DNA from: Candidatus Hydrogenedentota bacterium
Lineage (GTDB): Bacteria; Hydrogenedentota; Hydrogenedentia; Hydrogenedentales; GCA-2746185
DNA length: 34,394 nt
NCBI GenBank assembly: GCA_029937645.1
Contig: JAPYPO010000004.1
Span: 1-34,394, forward strand
Direction of reading: 5' to 3'
In this document: positions 8,088-16,068 of the stretch, in pieces
Position numbering within the stretch: position 1 is the first letter of the stretch
How the letters are laid out: each line of letters begins with the position of its first letter
Made by a program: the position numbers and the translations under genes
The notes under the pieces: model-generated
The model's input: only the letters and a program-made list of their open reading frames with translations
What the model was told of the DNA's origin: nothing
The model's database searches: none

Positions 8088-8268
8088 ATCACCCCATCCT
8101 AATCTGTCGAATCCGTGACGGCTGACTATAGAGCGGGAGGCATTCTATTGCAATTTGATCTGAGAGGGGCTGAGCCAAGATAGGGCTTTATTTCAATACC
8201 GACCGTTGGCATACTATGGGCGTCAGCCGCAGGTTATTTAATCCAATTCGAGGGAGTGTTCCGCCCCC

Positions 8269-9801
8269 ATGGCCACCCTAACCCACCCTTCCGCCTCCGC
8301 CCTAACGGACTACCTTGCCGCCACCGCGCCCGAAGCAATCGACTCAGCCGTGGTTGCCTATTTGGCGAACCTCAGCGAAGTGGCGAAAGTCTCGCCGAAG
8401 GTTGCCGCGAGCATCGTCCAAGAGTTGGCCGATCAGCGTTCGAATCTGAAACTTATCGCGAGTGAAAACTATTGCAGCCTTGCTACACAGCTCGCCATGG
8501 GAAACTTGCTTACCGACAAATATGCGGAAGGTTATCCAGGCCACCGTTTCTACGCGGGCTGCGACAACGTCGACGATATCGAATCCTACGCCGTAGAACA
8601 GGCGTGTGCGTTATTCGGCTGCGAGCATGCGTACGTCCAGCCGCACAGCGGGGCCGATGCGAACCTGATCGCCTATTGGGCGATCTTGATGAACCGCGTG
8701 CAGGGCCCAGCGCTCGACGCCCTGGAATCGACCAACCCATCTGCGCTTTCTCCCGAAGATTGGAACGCGGTGCGCGCGAAGGTAGGCAGCCAGCGGCTCA
8801 TGGGTATGGATTACTCGTGCGGCGGCCACCTCACCCACGGCTACCGGCACAATGTATCCGCGCAGATGTTTGAATGTTTCAACTACGGCGTCGATAAGGA
8901 AACGGGGCTTCTCGATTACGACGCCATCGAAGCGCAAGCGCGCGAGGTCAAACCGCTCATCCTTCTCGCGGGGTATAGCGCCTATCCCCGGGCCATCAAC
9001 TTTAAGCGTATGCGCGAGATCGCCGACGCGGTAGATGCCGTGTTCATGGTGGATATGGCGCATTTCGCGGGGCTGGTCGCGGGCGGAGTGTTCGAGGGAG
9101 ACTCGAACCCCATTCCCCACGCCCATGTGGTGACGTCGACCACGCACAAGACCCTTCGCGGACCGCGCGGAGGCCTCATCCTATGCACCGAAGAATTTAA
9201 GGAGAACGTCAACAAAGGCTGCCCTCTCGTTATCGGTGGCCCGTTGCCTCACATGATTGCGGCAAAAGCGATCGCGTTCACCGAAGCGAATCAACCCGAG
9301 TTTGCCGGGTACGCCCGCCGTGTTCAATCGAATGCCGCGGCCCTTGCGGAGGCGTGTTTGAGCGAAGGCCTGCCCGTCGCGACGAAGGGTACGGATAACC
9401 ACCTGCTCTTGGTCGACGTAACGCCATCGGGCGTCACCGGTCGCCAAGCCGAGAGCGCCCTGCGTGAGTCGGGAATAACGCTTAACCGAAACGCGCTGCC
9501 GTACGACGCCAACGGGCCATGGTATACAAGCGGACTGCGGCTGGGTACGCCCGCCATAACGACGCTCGGCATGGGCGAATCGGAAATGGCGGAAATCGCG
9601 GGGATACTAAAGTCCGTTCTATCCCATGTGAAACCCACAACGATTGAATCAGGCAAGAACGCCGGTAAGACGAGTCAGGCGAAGTACACCATCGACCCCG
9701 GCGCGCAAGCGGAGGCCTTAGAGCGCGTCGGCGTTCTCCTCGACGCTTATCCCGTTTATCCGGAACTCGATCTTAAGTTGCTTCAGCGCTATTTCGCGTA
9801 G
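8269..9801 (+). CDS. glyA: serine hydroxymethyltransferase, unusually long form (510 aa)
   Basis: LIASENY, LTDKYAEGYPGHRFYAGC, VQPHSGADANL, GGHLTHG and the PLP-lysine motif TSTTHKTLRGPRGG are present. GAGGGAG lies 12 nt upstream of the ATG. Confidence 0.95.
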   Translation: MATLTHPSASALTDYLAATAPEAIDSAVVAYLANLSEVAKVSPKVAASIVQELADQRSNLKLIASENYCSLATQLAMGNLLTDKYAEGYPGHRFYAGCDNVDDIESYAVEQACALFGCEHAYVQPHSGADANLIAYWAILMNRVQGPALDALESTNPSALSPEDWNAVRAKVGSQRLMGMDYSCGGHLTHGYRHNVSAQMFECFNYGVDKETGLLDYDAIEAQAREVKPLILLAGYSAYPRAINFKRMREIADAVDAVFMVDMAHFAGLVAGGVFEGDSNPIPHAHVVTSTTHKTLRGPRGGLILCTEEFKENVNKGCPLVIGGPLPHMIAAKAIAFTEANQPEFAGYARRVQSNAAALAEACLSEGLPVATKGTDNHLLLVDVTPSGVTGRQAESALRESGITLNRNALPYDANGPWYTSGLRLGTPAITTLGMGESEMAEIAGILKSVLSHVKPTTIESGKNAGKTSQAKYTIDPGAQAEALERVGVLLDAYPVYPELDLKLLQRYFA

Positions 9802-9817
9802 GTATCAGGGCGAGTTT

Positions 9818-9923
9818 TCTCACGCAAAGCCGCAAAGTCGCGAAGAAAAGCCAACCAATATTAAGCGTGGAACCGCCATTCATAATCGTTGTCCTCTTTG
9901 CGCCTCTGCGGCTTTGCGTGAGA
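9818..9923. repeat. intergenic palindromic element with 28-nt arms (17 bp perfect, then 3 mismatches), each built of three 8-nt-period CGCAAAG-like units, and a 50-nt spacer
   Basis: The left arm is TCTCACGCAAAGCCGCAAAGTCGCGAAG (9818-9845). The right arm (9896-9923) is CTTTGCGCCTCTGCGGCTTTGCGTGAGA. The perfect core is 9818-9834 / 9907-9923. Confidence 0.8.
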
Positions 9924-10005
9924 TTCAAACAAGAATTTTCGTGGTTGATATGTTCCTCTCATTCGCAGTACCGTTCTGTTCCAGGAATCGACACCCGGAT
10001 CCCCC

Positions 10006-11025
10006 ATGCCTCCTCAACTTTTATTCGTGATTAGTTCCCCGCGCTCCGGGAGCACCATGCTTGAGCGCATTCTCGAGTCGCACGCGGCGATCCGCGGCGG
10101 GCCCGAGCCTCATTTGATTACGCCCCTCGCCCATCTGGGCGTCTGGGGCAAGGTGGACAAGGCTCCCTACGATCATATTCTCGCGGCGGAATCGCAGAAG
10201 CTTTTCGTCGAAAAGTTGCCCGGCAAGGAACAGGATTACTGGGACGCCTGCCGCGCCTATTGCGATACGCTCTACGGGCGCTTCCTGGAGGCGGGCGGCG
10301 GCGAGTCCATCTGTCTGGACAAGACTCCGGCCTATGCCTTGGTCCTCCCTTTTTTGGCTAAGGTGTATCCGGATGCGAAGTACGTTGTGTTAACCCGTCA
10401 TCCGGCGGCGATTTTCTCGTCGTACGCCCACTCGTTTTTCGACGGCGACTACGAGGAAGCGCAGCGCCACAACCCGATCATCGAGCGCTACGTTCCGGCG
10501 TTGGCGAAGTTTCTGCGGCAGGGCGACGTACCTTCGGTGCATGTACGGTATGAAGACCTTGTGGGCGATCCGGAAGGCAACATGCGACGGGTCTACGAAC
10601 ACATCGGCGTACCCTTTGACGCGGATACCATCGACTACGGCAACGATAAACATGCCGGCAAGCCACGCGAAGGACTGGGCGATCCGATTGGCGTCAACCA
10701 GCATTCGCGGCCTACCACCGCGTCGTCCGAAAAGTGGGCGGACGAGCTGGTTGAGAATCCTGGCTTGCTGGACTTCATGAAAGCCATGATTGACCGCCTC
10801 GATCCGGCGGACTTGGAGACCATTGGGTATCCGGTCGAATCGATTTGGCAACCGCTGGAAACTGCGGGGTCTGCGCCGCCGAGGAAGAAAGGCCAAGGAC
10901 CTCTTCGCTACAGGATGCAGCGCAAAGCGATTGTAAGGCTACGCGCTGCGGCGAAGAAGAACGGGGTTCTCCGCAAGGCCCTGTCGAAGGCGCGGCTCAT
11001 TTGCGATGTGTTGCTTCGCGAGTAG
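10006..11025 (+). CDS. sulfotransferase family protein
   Basis: The N-terminal 5'-PAPS-binding loop is FVISSPRSGSTMLERIL. A later VVLTRHP...FSSY segment fits the 3'-phosphate-binding region. The C-terminal tail is basic. Confidence 0.85.
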   Translation: MPPQLLFVISSPRSGSTMLERILESHAAIRGGPEPHLITPLAHLGVWGKVDKAPYDHILAAESQKLFVEKLPGKEQDYWDACRAYCDTLYGRFLEAGGGESICLDKTPAYALVLPFLAKVYPDAKYVVLTRHPAAIFSSYAHSFFDGDYEEAQRHNPIIERYVPALAKFLRQGDVPSVHVRYEDLVGDPEGNMRRVYEHIGVPFDADTIDYGNDKHAGKPREGLGDPIGVNQHSRPTTASSEKWADELVENPGLLDFMKAMIDRLDPADLETIGYPVESIWQPLETAGSAPPRKKGQGPLRYRMQRKAIVRLRAAAKKNGVLRKALSKARLICDVLLRE

Positions 11026-11045
11026 TGGAAGCGCCTCCTTCGAAA

Positions 11046-11065
11046 GACCGCCGAGGGCGGCGGTC
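11046..11065. terminator. GC-rich hairpin (GACCGCCG AGGG CGGCGGTC) between convergent genes
   Basis: Perfect 8-bp stem with a 4-nt loop, 20 nt after the sulfotransferase stop and 72 nt after the permease stop. There is no T-tract on either side. Confidence 0.4.
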
Positions 11066-11136
11066 CCACATTCAGGTGCTTCCGTCTGATCTGAGGTTCT
11101 TCCACAATTCGCCCCTGGTGCGGGGATGGTAGGTTG

Positions 11137-13176
11137 TTAAGGGGTTCGTCGCGCGTGTCGCCTAGCCTGCCACTCGACGATACCGATTCCCGCAGTCATC
11201 ATGATCGCCGCCGCTGCAACAGCGCCCACGTGAAAACCGTCTTGCTCGAAGTTGGGTGCGGTGATCGTCTCCATGATAGGTTCGGGGATGCGTTCGACCT
11301 GGGTGAGGATGCCGTTCAGCGAGATATGCGCCAGCATCGCTGGAAAGATGGACCGCGTTCGCAGCGCGAGGTAGGTGAGCAAGAATCCGCTTAACGCTTG
11401 GGGGAAGAAGCGGTAGATGCTGAGGTGGAAAAGGCCAAAGAGCACCCCGACAACCAGGACAGTCGCCCACGACGGCAATTTGTCGCGCAGCCCAGAAAGG
11501 ATCGCCCCGCGGAAGGCCAATTCTTCGCAGATGCCCGGCGATAGGGCGAGGATGAAGAGCAACATCGGAACACTCTGCGCTTCTCCCATCTCTTCGAAGA
11601 TTCGTTGCATCGCAGTCAGATAGCTTTCGGGAGCGGGCATAAGATTTTCTTGCCAGATGCCCACTTGCGCGGCGAGTACGGCCCAGGCGGGCATCATGGC
11701 AGCTACGCCAAGCAACGAGATCCACGGCGGGCGCGTGAGCTGCAATGCGCTCTTGAGATTGATGCGTGCAAACCACAAGACAAAAAGAACGGGCGCGGCG
11801 ATGAGGAGGTATTGGGTGATGACGAGGCCTGACGCGATATCGCGCGCCTGTGCGTAGCTTCCCGCGTAGAAGAGGAGCAGCATGACCATGCCGAAGAGTC
11901 CCAGCGACAGGCCGGGTGTGGGCGTTTCGAGGGGTTCAAACGACGCGCGGCGGAGGGTCAGCGGAATACCTTTTTCCTCGGAAAGAATGACTTCCTCGCG
12001 CTGGAACATCCAGGACGCGAGGACTAGCGCAAGCAGCGCGTAGATGCTGGTGGCAATGAAGACGGTGAATATGGTGTCGATTGCGACCGTCCCCATCATC
12101 AGATCGCGGAAAAGCAACGACGCGTTTGCGATGGGGATCAGGCGGGCGGATTCGGAAAGGTCGATGCCGGGAATGGCGACGACCCCGGCGGGCAAGGTGA
12201 TGCCCAAGAAGAAGGGGGTGACGTAATTTTGCGCCTCTTTGAAACTTCTGGCCAACAACGAGACGGTCATCATAATCGCGGAGATAAAAAAGGACAAGGG
12301 GATGAGAACAAGGACGATGGCCCCGATACTCTGAGGCGGAATCTCAAACAAAGTTGCATCCAACGGACCCTCGCCATCCGGCGCCATCTGCGACAATTGA
12401 AAGACCAGTGTCGCGATCATGCTCGCCAGGTTCAAAAACCCCGTGAACATGGATAGGGAAAAAACCGTCAGAAACTTTCCGCAGACGATCTCCAATTTTG
12501 AGGTGGGCGTGGAAAGAAGCGTCTCAAACGTGCCGCGTTCCTTTTCGCCCGCCGTGAGATCGACCGCCGGATAAAACGCGCCCACGCCCAGCATGACCAC
12601 CATCATAAGTGGCAATATGGAACCCAGCAGCGACCCGGTCTTCTTCGCAGGCGGCGCAGTGTTCACGCGCTTGATAAGCAGCGGCACCGCGAACGATTCC
12701 GGCAAGCCCTGCGCGTCGAGCCGCTCGGCAAGAAGGCCCTCGCCGTGTTCAACCATGGCATGTACGAGTCGGTCTGCCGCTTTGTTCGAAGCGGCGGCGG
12801 TGGAGTCAAAGCGAATTTCGAGGTGTACCGTTTCCCCTGCCGCCAGGGGTTGCTCGATGGCCCCTTCCACCACGACGATGGCATCCAAATCGCCCTCGAG
12901 AAGCTGCGCCTCCGGGTCTTCCCCCTCCTGCAATTCGATGAGGGGAAACGCTTCAATCCGTTCCCTGAGGAAATCCATTTCCTCGGTTAGGAGCGCCACT
13001 CTTGACGGCGTTTCTTCGATCTTCTCAAGCTGTATGAGTGCCACCTGGGCTATCATGATGAAGAGCGCAGGGTACAGGACGATGGGCACGCCGATCATGG
13101 CTATCAACGTGCGCTTGTCGCGCAGGGTGTCGAGCATCTCCTTGAAGAAGATGGTTTTGATAATGGCGAAGCGCAT
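11137..13176 (-). CDS. ABC-2 type (NatB-like) permease fused to a C-terminal CPBP (CAAX/Abi) intramembrane metalloprotease domain
   Basis: The N-terminus MRFAIIKTIFFKEMLDTLRDKRTLIAMIGVPIVLYP, a large extracytoplasmic loop and an ABC-2 membrane domain are present. The C-terminal part has the three CPBP motifs: SPGICEELAFRG (EExxxR), GLFHL (FxxxH) and AHISLNG (HxxxN). Its ATG overlaps the stop of the upstream ATPase (TAATG). Confidence 0.85.
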   Translation of the reverse strand: MRFAIIKTIFFKEMLDTLRDKRTLIAMIGVPIVLYPALFIMIAQVALIQLEKIEETPSRVALLTEEMDFLRERIEAFPLIELQEGEDPEAQLLEGDLDAIVVVEGAIEQPLAAGETVHLEIRFDSTAAASNKAADRLVHAMVEHGEGLLAERLDAQGLPESFAVPLLIKRVNTAPPAKKTGSLLGSILPLMMVVMLGVGAFYPAVDLTAGEKERGTFETLLSTPTSKLEIVCGKFLTVFSLSMFTGFLNLASMIATLVFQLSQMAPDGEGPLDATLFEIPPQSIGAIVLVLIPLSFFISAIMMTVSLLARSFKEAQNYVTPFFLGITLPAGVVAIPGIDLSESARLIPIANASLLFRDLMMGTVAIDTIFTVFIATSIYALLALVLASWMFQREEVILSEEKGIPLTLRRASFEPLETPTPGLSLGLFGMVMLLLFYAGSYAQARDIASGLVITQYLLIAAPVLFVLWFARINLKSALQLTRPPWISLLGVAAMMPAWAVLAAQVGIWQENLMPAPESYLTAMQRIFEEMGEAQSVPMLLFILALSPGICEELAFRGAILSGLRDKLPSWATVLVVGVLFGLFHLSIYRFFPQALSGFLLTYLALRTRSIFPAMLAHISLNGILTQVERIPEPIMETITAPNFEQDGFHVGAVAAAAIMMTAGIGIVEWQARRHARRTP

Positions 13177-13922
13177 TAGGCCGTCGCCTCTTCGCTATGA
13201 ACGAGCGCGAGAAACGCGTCCTGAAGGTTATCGGTTTCCGTTTGGGCGTAGAGATCTTCCTTGGGGCCCAGGGCCAGAATCGATCCATTGTGAATCAGCC
13301 CAATTCGGTCGCACAGGCGCTCCGCTTCCATCATGTAATGCGTCGAAAAAATGATGCTGTGTCCGCGTGCGCGCGCGTCGGCGATGAACTCCAGAATCGT
13401 GCGGCTCGACATGATGTCCAGGCCCAGGGTCGGCTCGTCGAGAATCAAGACCGCCGGGTCATGAAGAATTACGCGCGCGATGGAAGCCCGTTGCGTCTGA
13501 CCCGTCGAGAGCGTTTCGCACCGTTGATCGCAAAACCCCTCCATGCCCAACAGGCCCGACAGTTCTTCCGTGCGCGAGGCGATCGCGGTGTCGTCCATCT
13601 CGTAGAGGCGCCCGAAGTAGCGGAGCATTTCCCGCACGGTGAGGCGGCCGTATAATTTCGTGTTGCCCGAGAGGAATCCGATGTTGCGGCGGACGGCATC
13701 CGGATTCTCTGCGGCGTTCGCGCCCGCGATCCAGCACGACCCGGATGTCGGCGCGATAATGGTACCTAACATGCGGAGGAGCGTGGTTTTGCCCGCGCCA
13801 TTCGGGCCGAGGAGCCCGAAGATTTCCCCTTTGCCAATATCGAAAGTGGCGTCGCGGACGGCCTCGACGTTCTTGCCCCGAGGGCCGTGGTAGGTCTTTT
13901 TCAGATGTTTCGCTCGAACCAT
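13176..13922 (-). CDS. ABC transporter ATP-binding protein (NatA-like)
   Basis: Walker A GLLGPNGAGKTT, signature LSTGQTQR, Walker B VLILDEPTLGLD and H-loop STHYM are present. I placed the start at the internal ATG (MVRAKHLKKTY...). The 78 upstream residues of the track ORF are R/P-rich junk. Confidence 0.9.
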   Translation of the reverse strand: MVRAKHLKKTYHGPRGKNVEAVRDATFDIGKGEIFGLLGPNGAGKTTLLRMLGTIIAPTSGSCWIAGANAAENPDAVRRNIGFLSGNTKLYGRLTVREMLRYFGRLYEMDDTAIASRTEELSGLLGMEGFCDQRCETLSTGQTQRASIARVILHDPAVLILDEPTLGLDIMSSRTILEFIADARARGHSIIFSTHYMMEAERLCDRIGLIHNGSILALGPKEDLYAQTETDNLQDAFLALVHSEEATA

Positions 13923-14337
13923 AAACCGCCTAAGGGTTGGCGCGTGAATCAATATCCGAATCGTGCCGAGCCAGCCGTGATGTAGTTGCGGTGGCGCAGG
14001 ACAGGCAGTATCGCCTTCATCGCTATCGCTTTGCAATTTGGAAGGCGACCCAGCAGGGCGACGGACCCCTTCACACGGAACTGCGAGACGCCGCCCCGGT
14101 CGCCGGGTAGCGTAGAGTGGCGCTATCAAAGGCCTACGATGAGAGGGCGAAAACAAATGAGGTCAACACCCAACGGGTGAGAAATACTTTCACGCGTGAT
14201 CGCTATGGGAGGCACCGGAGCGTGCCGCTGCAAAGTTATCCGGCGATTGGGGATGTCCCTGAACAATTGAGTTTAAGTGGCGATTCTTAGTAAACTGTCT
14301 GGCTTCGAGTTTGTGTGTGCGATGCGCTCGCCCATTC

Positions 14338-14361
14338 GCCCCGCCCCTGGGGCTGTTTTTT
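14338..14361 (+). terminator. terminator-like hairpin (GCCCC GCCCCT GGGGC) followed by TGTTTTTT
   Basis: 5-bp GC stem at 14338-14342 / 14349-14353, then a T-run at 14354-14361. The orientation is plus strand. It lies in a divergent intergenic region where no annotated plus-strand gene ends. Confidence 0.3.
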
Positions 14362-14418
14362 GTATTTGCGGTGCGCGGGACAACAGCTTGACGCGATAGA
14401 CGACAGGAGAGTTTCGGC

Positions 14419-14748
14419 GTGCCGACGTATACTTACGAATGCAAAAAATGCAGCCACGCGTTTGATGTCTTTCATGGCATGAACGCGAAGCCCCGGGTGC
14501 GGTGTAAGGATTGTAAAGGGCCCTGCCGAAAACTCTTGGGCACGGGGTCAGGCATCATCTTTAAGGGTACGGGTTTCTACGAAACCGACTATAAAGACAA
14601 AAAGGGCACGCCTCCATCGGACGAGTCAAAGAAACCTGCCAAAAGTGATTCCAACGGAAGTGGCGATTCGACGGGTGGGACGAAGGACTCGTCGAAGTCC
14701 AAGCCTCAGAAGTCAACGTCTAAGGCCTCCGCCAAGAGCGGAGATTAG
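14419..14748 (+). CDS. FmdB-family zinc-ribbon protein (CxxC...CxxC) with a Lys/Ser-rich tail
   Basis: MPTYTYECKKCSHAFDVFHGMNAKPRVRCKDCKG is the canonical FmdB/CxxC_CxxC_SSSS N-terminus. GTG start with AGGAGA 9 nt upstream. Confidence 0.85.
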   Translation: MPTYTYECKKCSHAFDVFHGMNAKPRVRCKDCKGPCRKLLGTGSGIIFKGTGFYETDYKDKKGTPPSDESKKPAKSDSNGSGDSTGGTKDSSKSKPQKSTSKASAKSGD

Positions 14749-14877
14749 CTCGGCACCGCAGCGTATTCTAGCGCGGGCGAGCGGGTCTTTTCATTCCGCC
14801 CTACTTTGTGAATTTCGCGGACTGCGCATACGATGGCATAGTGTATAACTTTTTCCCCTAGGAACAGCGAGGAGTCC

Positions 14878-16068
14878 ATGATGACAACGGCCGAAATACA
14901 GGCGCTCAATGACGCGCATATCATCAACACTTACGGTACACGGAAGATCGCGATGCAGCGTGGGGATGGCATGCGCCTGTGGGACGCCGATGGCCGGGAG
15001 TACTTGGATTTCTTTGCGGGGATTGCGGTGGTGAATCTGGGCCATTGTCCGGCGTCGGTGACGGAGGCGATCACGGAGCAAGCGCGGACGCTGGTTCACG
15101 TATCCAATTTATATTACATCGAGCCGCAGGTAAAACTTGCGGCGCTGCTGTGTGAGAAAACGTTTGCGGATCAATGGTTTTTCTGCAACAGCGGAGCCGA
15201 ATCCGTCGAGGCGGCGATCAAGCTGGCGCGACGTTACTGGGCGCAGAAGGGTACGCCAAAGCCGGTTATTCTAAGCGCGAATGAATCCTTTCACGGGCGG
15301 ACCATTGGCGCGGTGACTGCCACGGGCCAGCCAAAGTATCATGAAGGCTTCGAGCCGATGTTGTCGGATATGGGCAAGTTCGACTACGGCGATATCGCCG
15401 CGCTTGAGGCAGCGGTCACGGATAAAGTAGGCGCGGTCCTGTTAGAGCCAATTCAGGGCGAGGGCGGTGTGCGGATCCCTCCGAAGGGTTACCTCGAAGC
15501 CGTGCGGAAGCTCTGCGACGACAAGGGAATTCTCTTGATTTTCGATGAGGTGCAAACCGGATTGGGGAGAACGGGAAGCCTGTTCGCTCATACGCAATGC
15601 GGTGTTACGCCGGATATCATGACGGTCGCGAAGGGGCTCGGCAACGGCGTTCCCATCGGGGCGCTGGGCTGTACTGCCGAGGCCGCGACTGGATTTAGCG
15701 TCGGGTCGCACGCGGCGACTTTCGGCGGAAATCCCCTGTGCAGCGCCGCGGCCTTGGCAACGGTTACCGCGCTCACCGAACCTGGGTTTTTCGAAGCCGC
15801 CGCCGAGGTCGGAGCCTATTTCGCCGAAGGATTGCGCGGACTCGCCGAGAAATTCGATACAATCCTCGAAGTACGGGCAGCCGGACTCATGATCGGCGTG
15901 GAAATGACAAAACCCGTCGGTCCGCTTGTGGCCGCGATGATCGACTCCGGCGTTATATGCGGTCCCGCCGGCCCCAATGTCCTCCGTTTTCTTCCGCCGT
16001 TGATTGTGTCGAAAGAAGATATCGACACCGTGCTTTCAAAACTGGAAACGGAACTGGGAGCGTTCTAA
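14878..16068 (+). CDS. argD: acetylornithine aminotransferase (class III PLP aminotransferase)
   Basis: NSGAESVEAAIKLAR, FDEVQTGLGRTG and the PLP-lysine context TVAKGLGNG are present. GAGGAG RBS. Translationally coupled (TAATG) to argF. Confidence 0.9.
   Translation: MMTTAEIQALNDAHIINTYGTRKIAMQRGDGMRLWDADGREYLDFFAGIAVVNLGHCPASVTEAITEQARTLVHVSNLYYIEPQVKLAALLCEKTFADQWFFCNSGAESVEAAIKLARRYWAQKGTPKPVILSANESFHGRTIGAVTATGQPKYHEGFEPMLSDMGKFDYGDIAALEAAVTDKVGAVLLEPIQGEGGVRIPPKGYLEAVRKLCDDKGILLIFDEVQTGLGRTGSLFAHTQCGVTPDIMTVAKGLGNGVPIGALGCTAEAATGFSVGSHAATFGGNPLCSAAALATVTALTEPGFFEAAAEVGAYFAEGLRGLAEKFDTILEVRAAGLMIGVEMTKPVGPLVAAMIDSGVICGPAGPNVLRFLPPLIVSKEDIDTVLSKLETELGAF

Noticed and set aside
8105-8268. 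Possible ZTP (pfl) riboswitch in the glyA leader
   Set aside because: glyA is a known ZTP-regulated gene. The leader has GAATCC-GTGAC-GGCTG...GCGGGAGGCATTC, which faintly resembles P1/GUGAC/...GGGAG/P1'. It also has an 8-bp long-range complement (8119-8126 with 8222-8229).

However, there is no room for the P2 hairpin and the conserved 3' CCGCCUGGGC is not matched. A possible -10 (TACTAT, 8211-8216) would place the transcription start downstream of most of it. A cmsearch with RF01750 would settle it; I expect no hit.
12593-13354. 253-aa plus-strand ORF across the ABC permease/ATPase junction
   Set aside because: It is antisense to two motif-supported genes, and its S/R/A-rich composition is that of a shadow ORF.
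14240-14290. GGCGATTGGGG... resembling the start of a fluoride (crcB) riboswitch
   Set aside because: Only the first roughly 7 nt resemble the consensus. The downstream conserved elements are absent, and no crcB or eriC gene follows.
14800-14834. ARG-box-like TGTGAATTT and a TTGTGA, 17 nt, TACGAT promoter-like pair upstream of argD
   Set aside because: Only half of an ARG-box palindrome is present (no matching ATTCA half-site). The hexamers are weak and not supportable as a feature without transcript mapping.
15738-16067. N-terminal extensions in the ORF track: argF from 15738, natA from 14156, aminotransferase from 21477, argH from 18391, gdh from 30322, beta-propeller from 34330
   Set aside because: In each case an internal ATG with a good RBS gives the family-typical N-terminus. 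The upstream residues are R/P-rich, overlap the preceding gene, or translate hairpin repeats.
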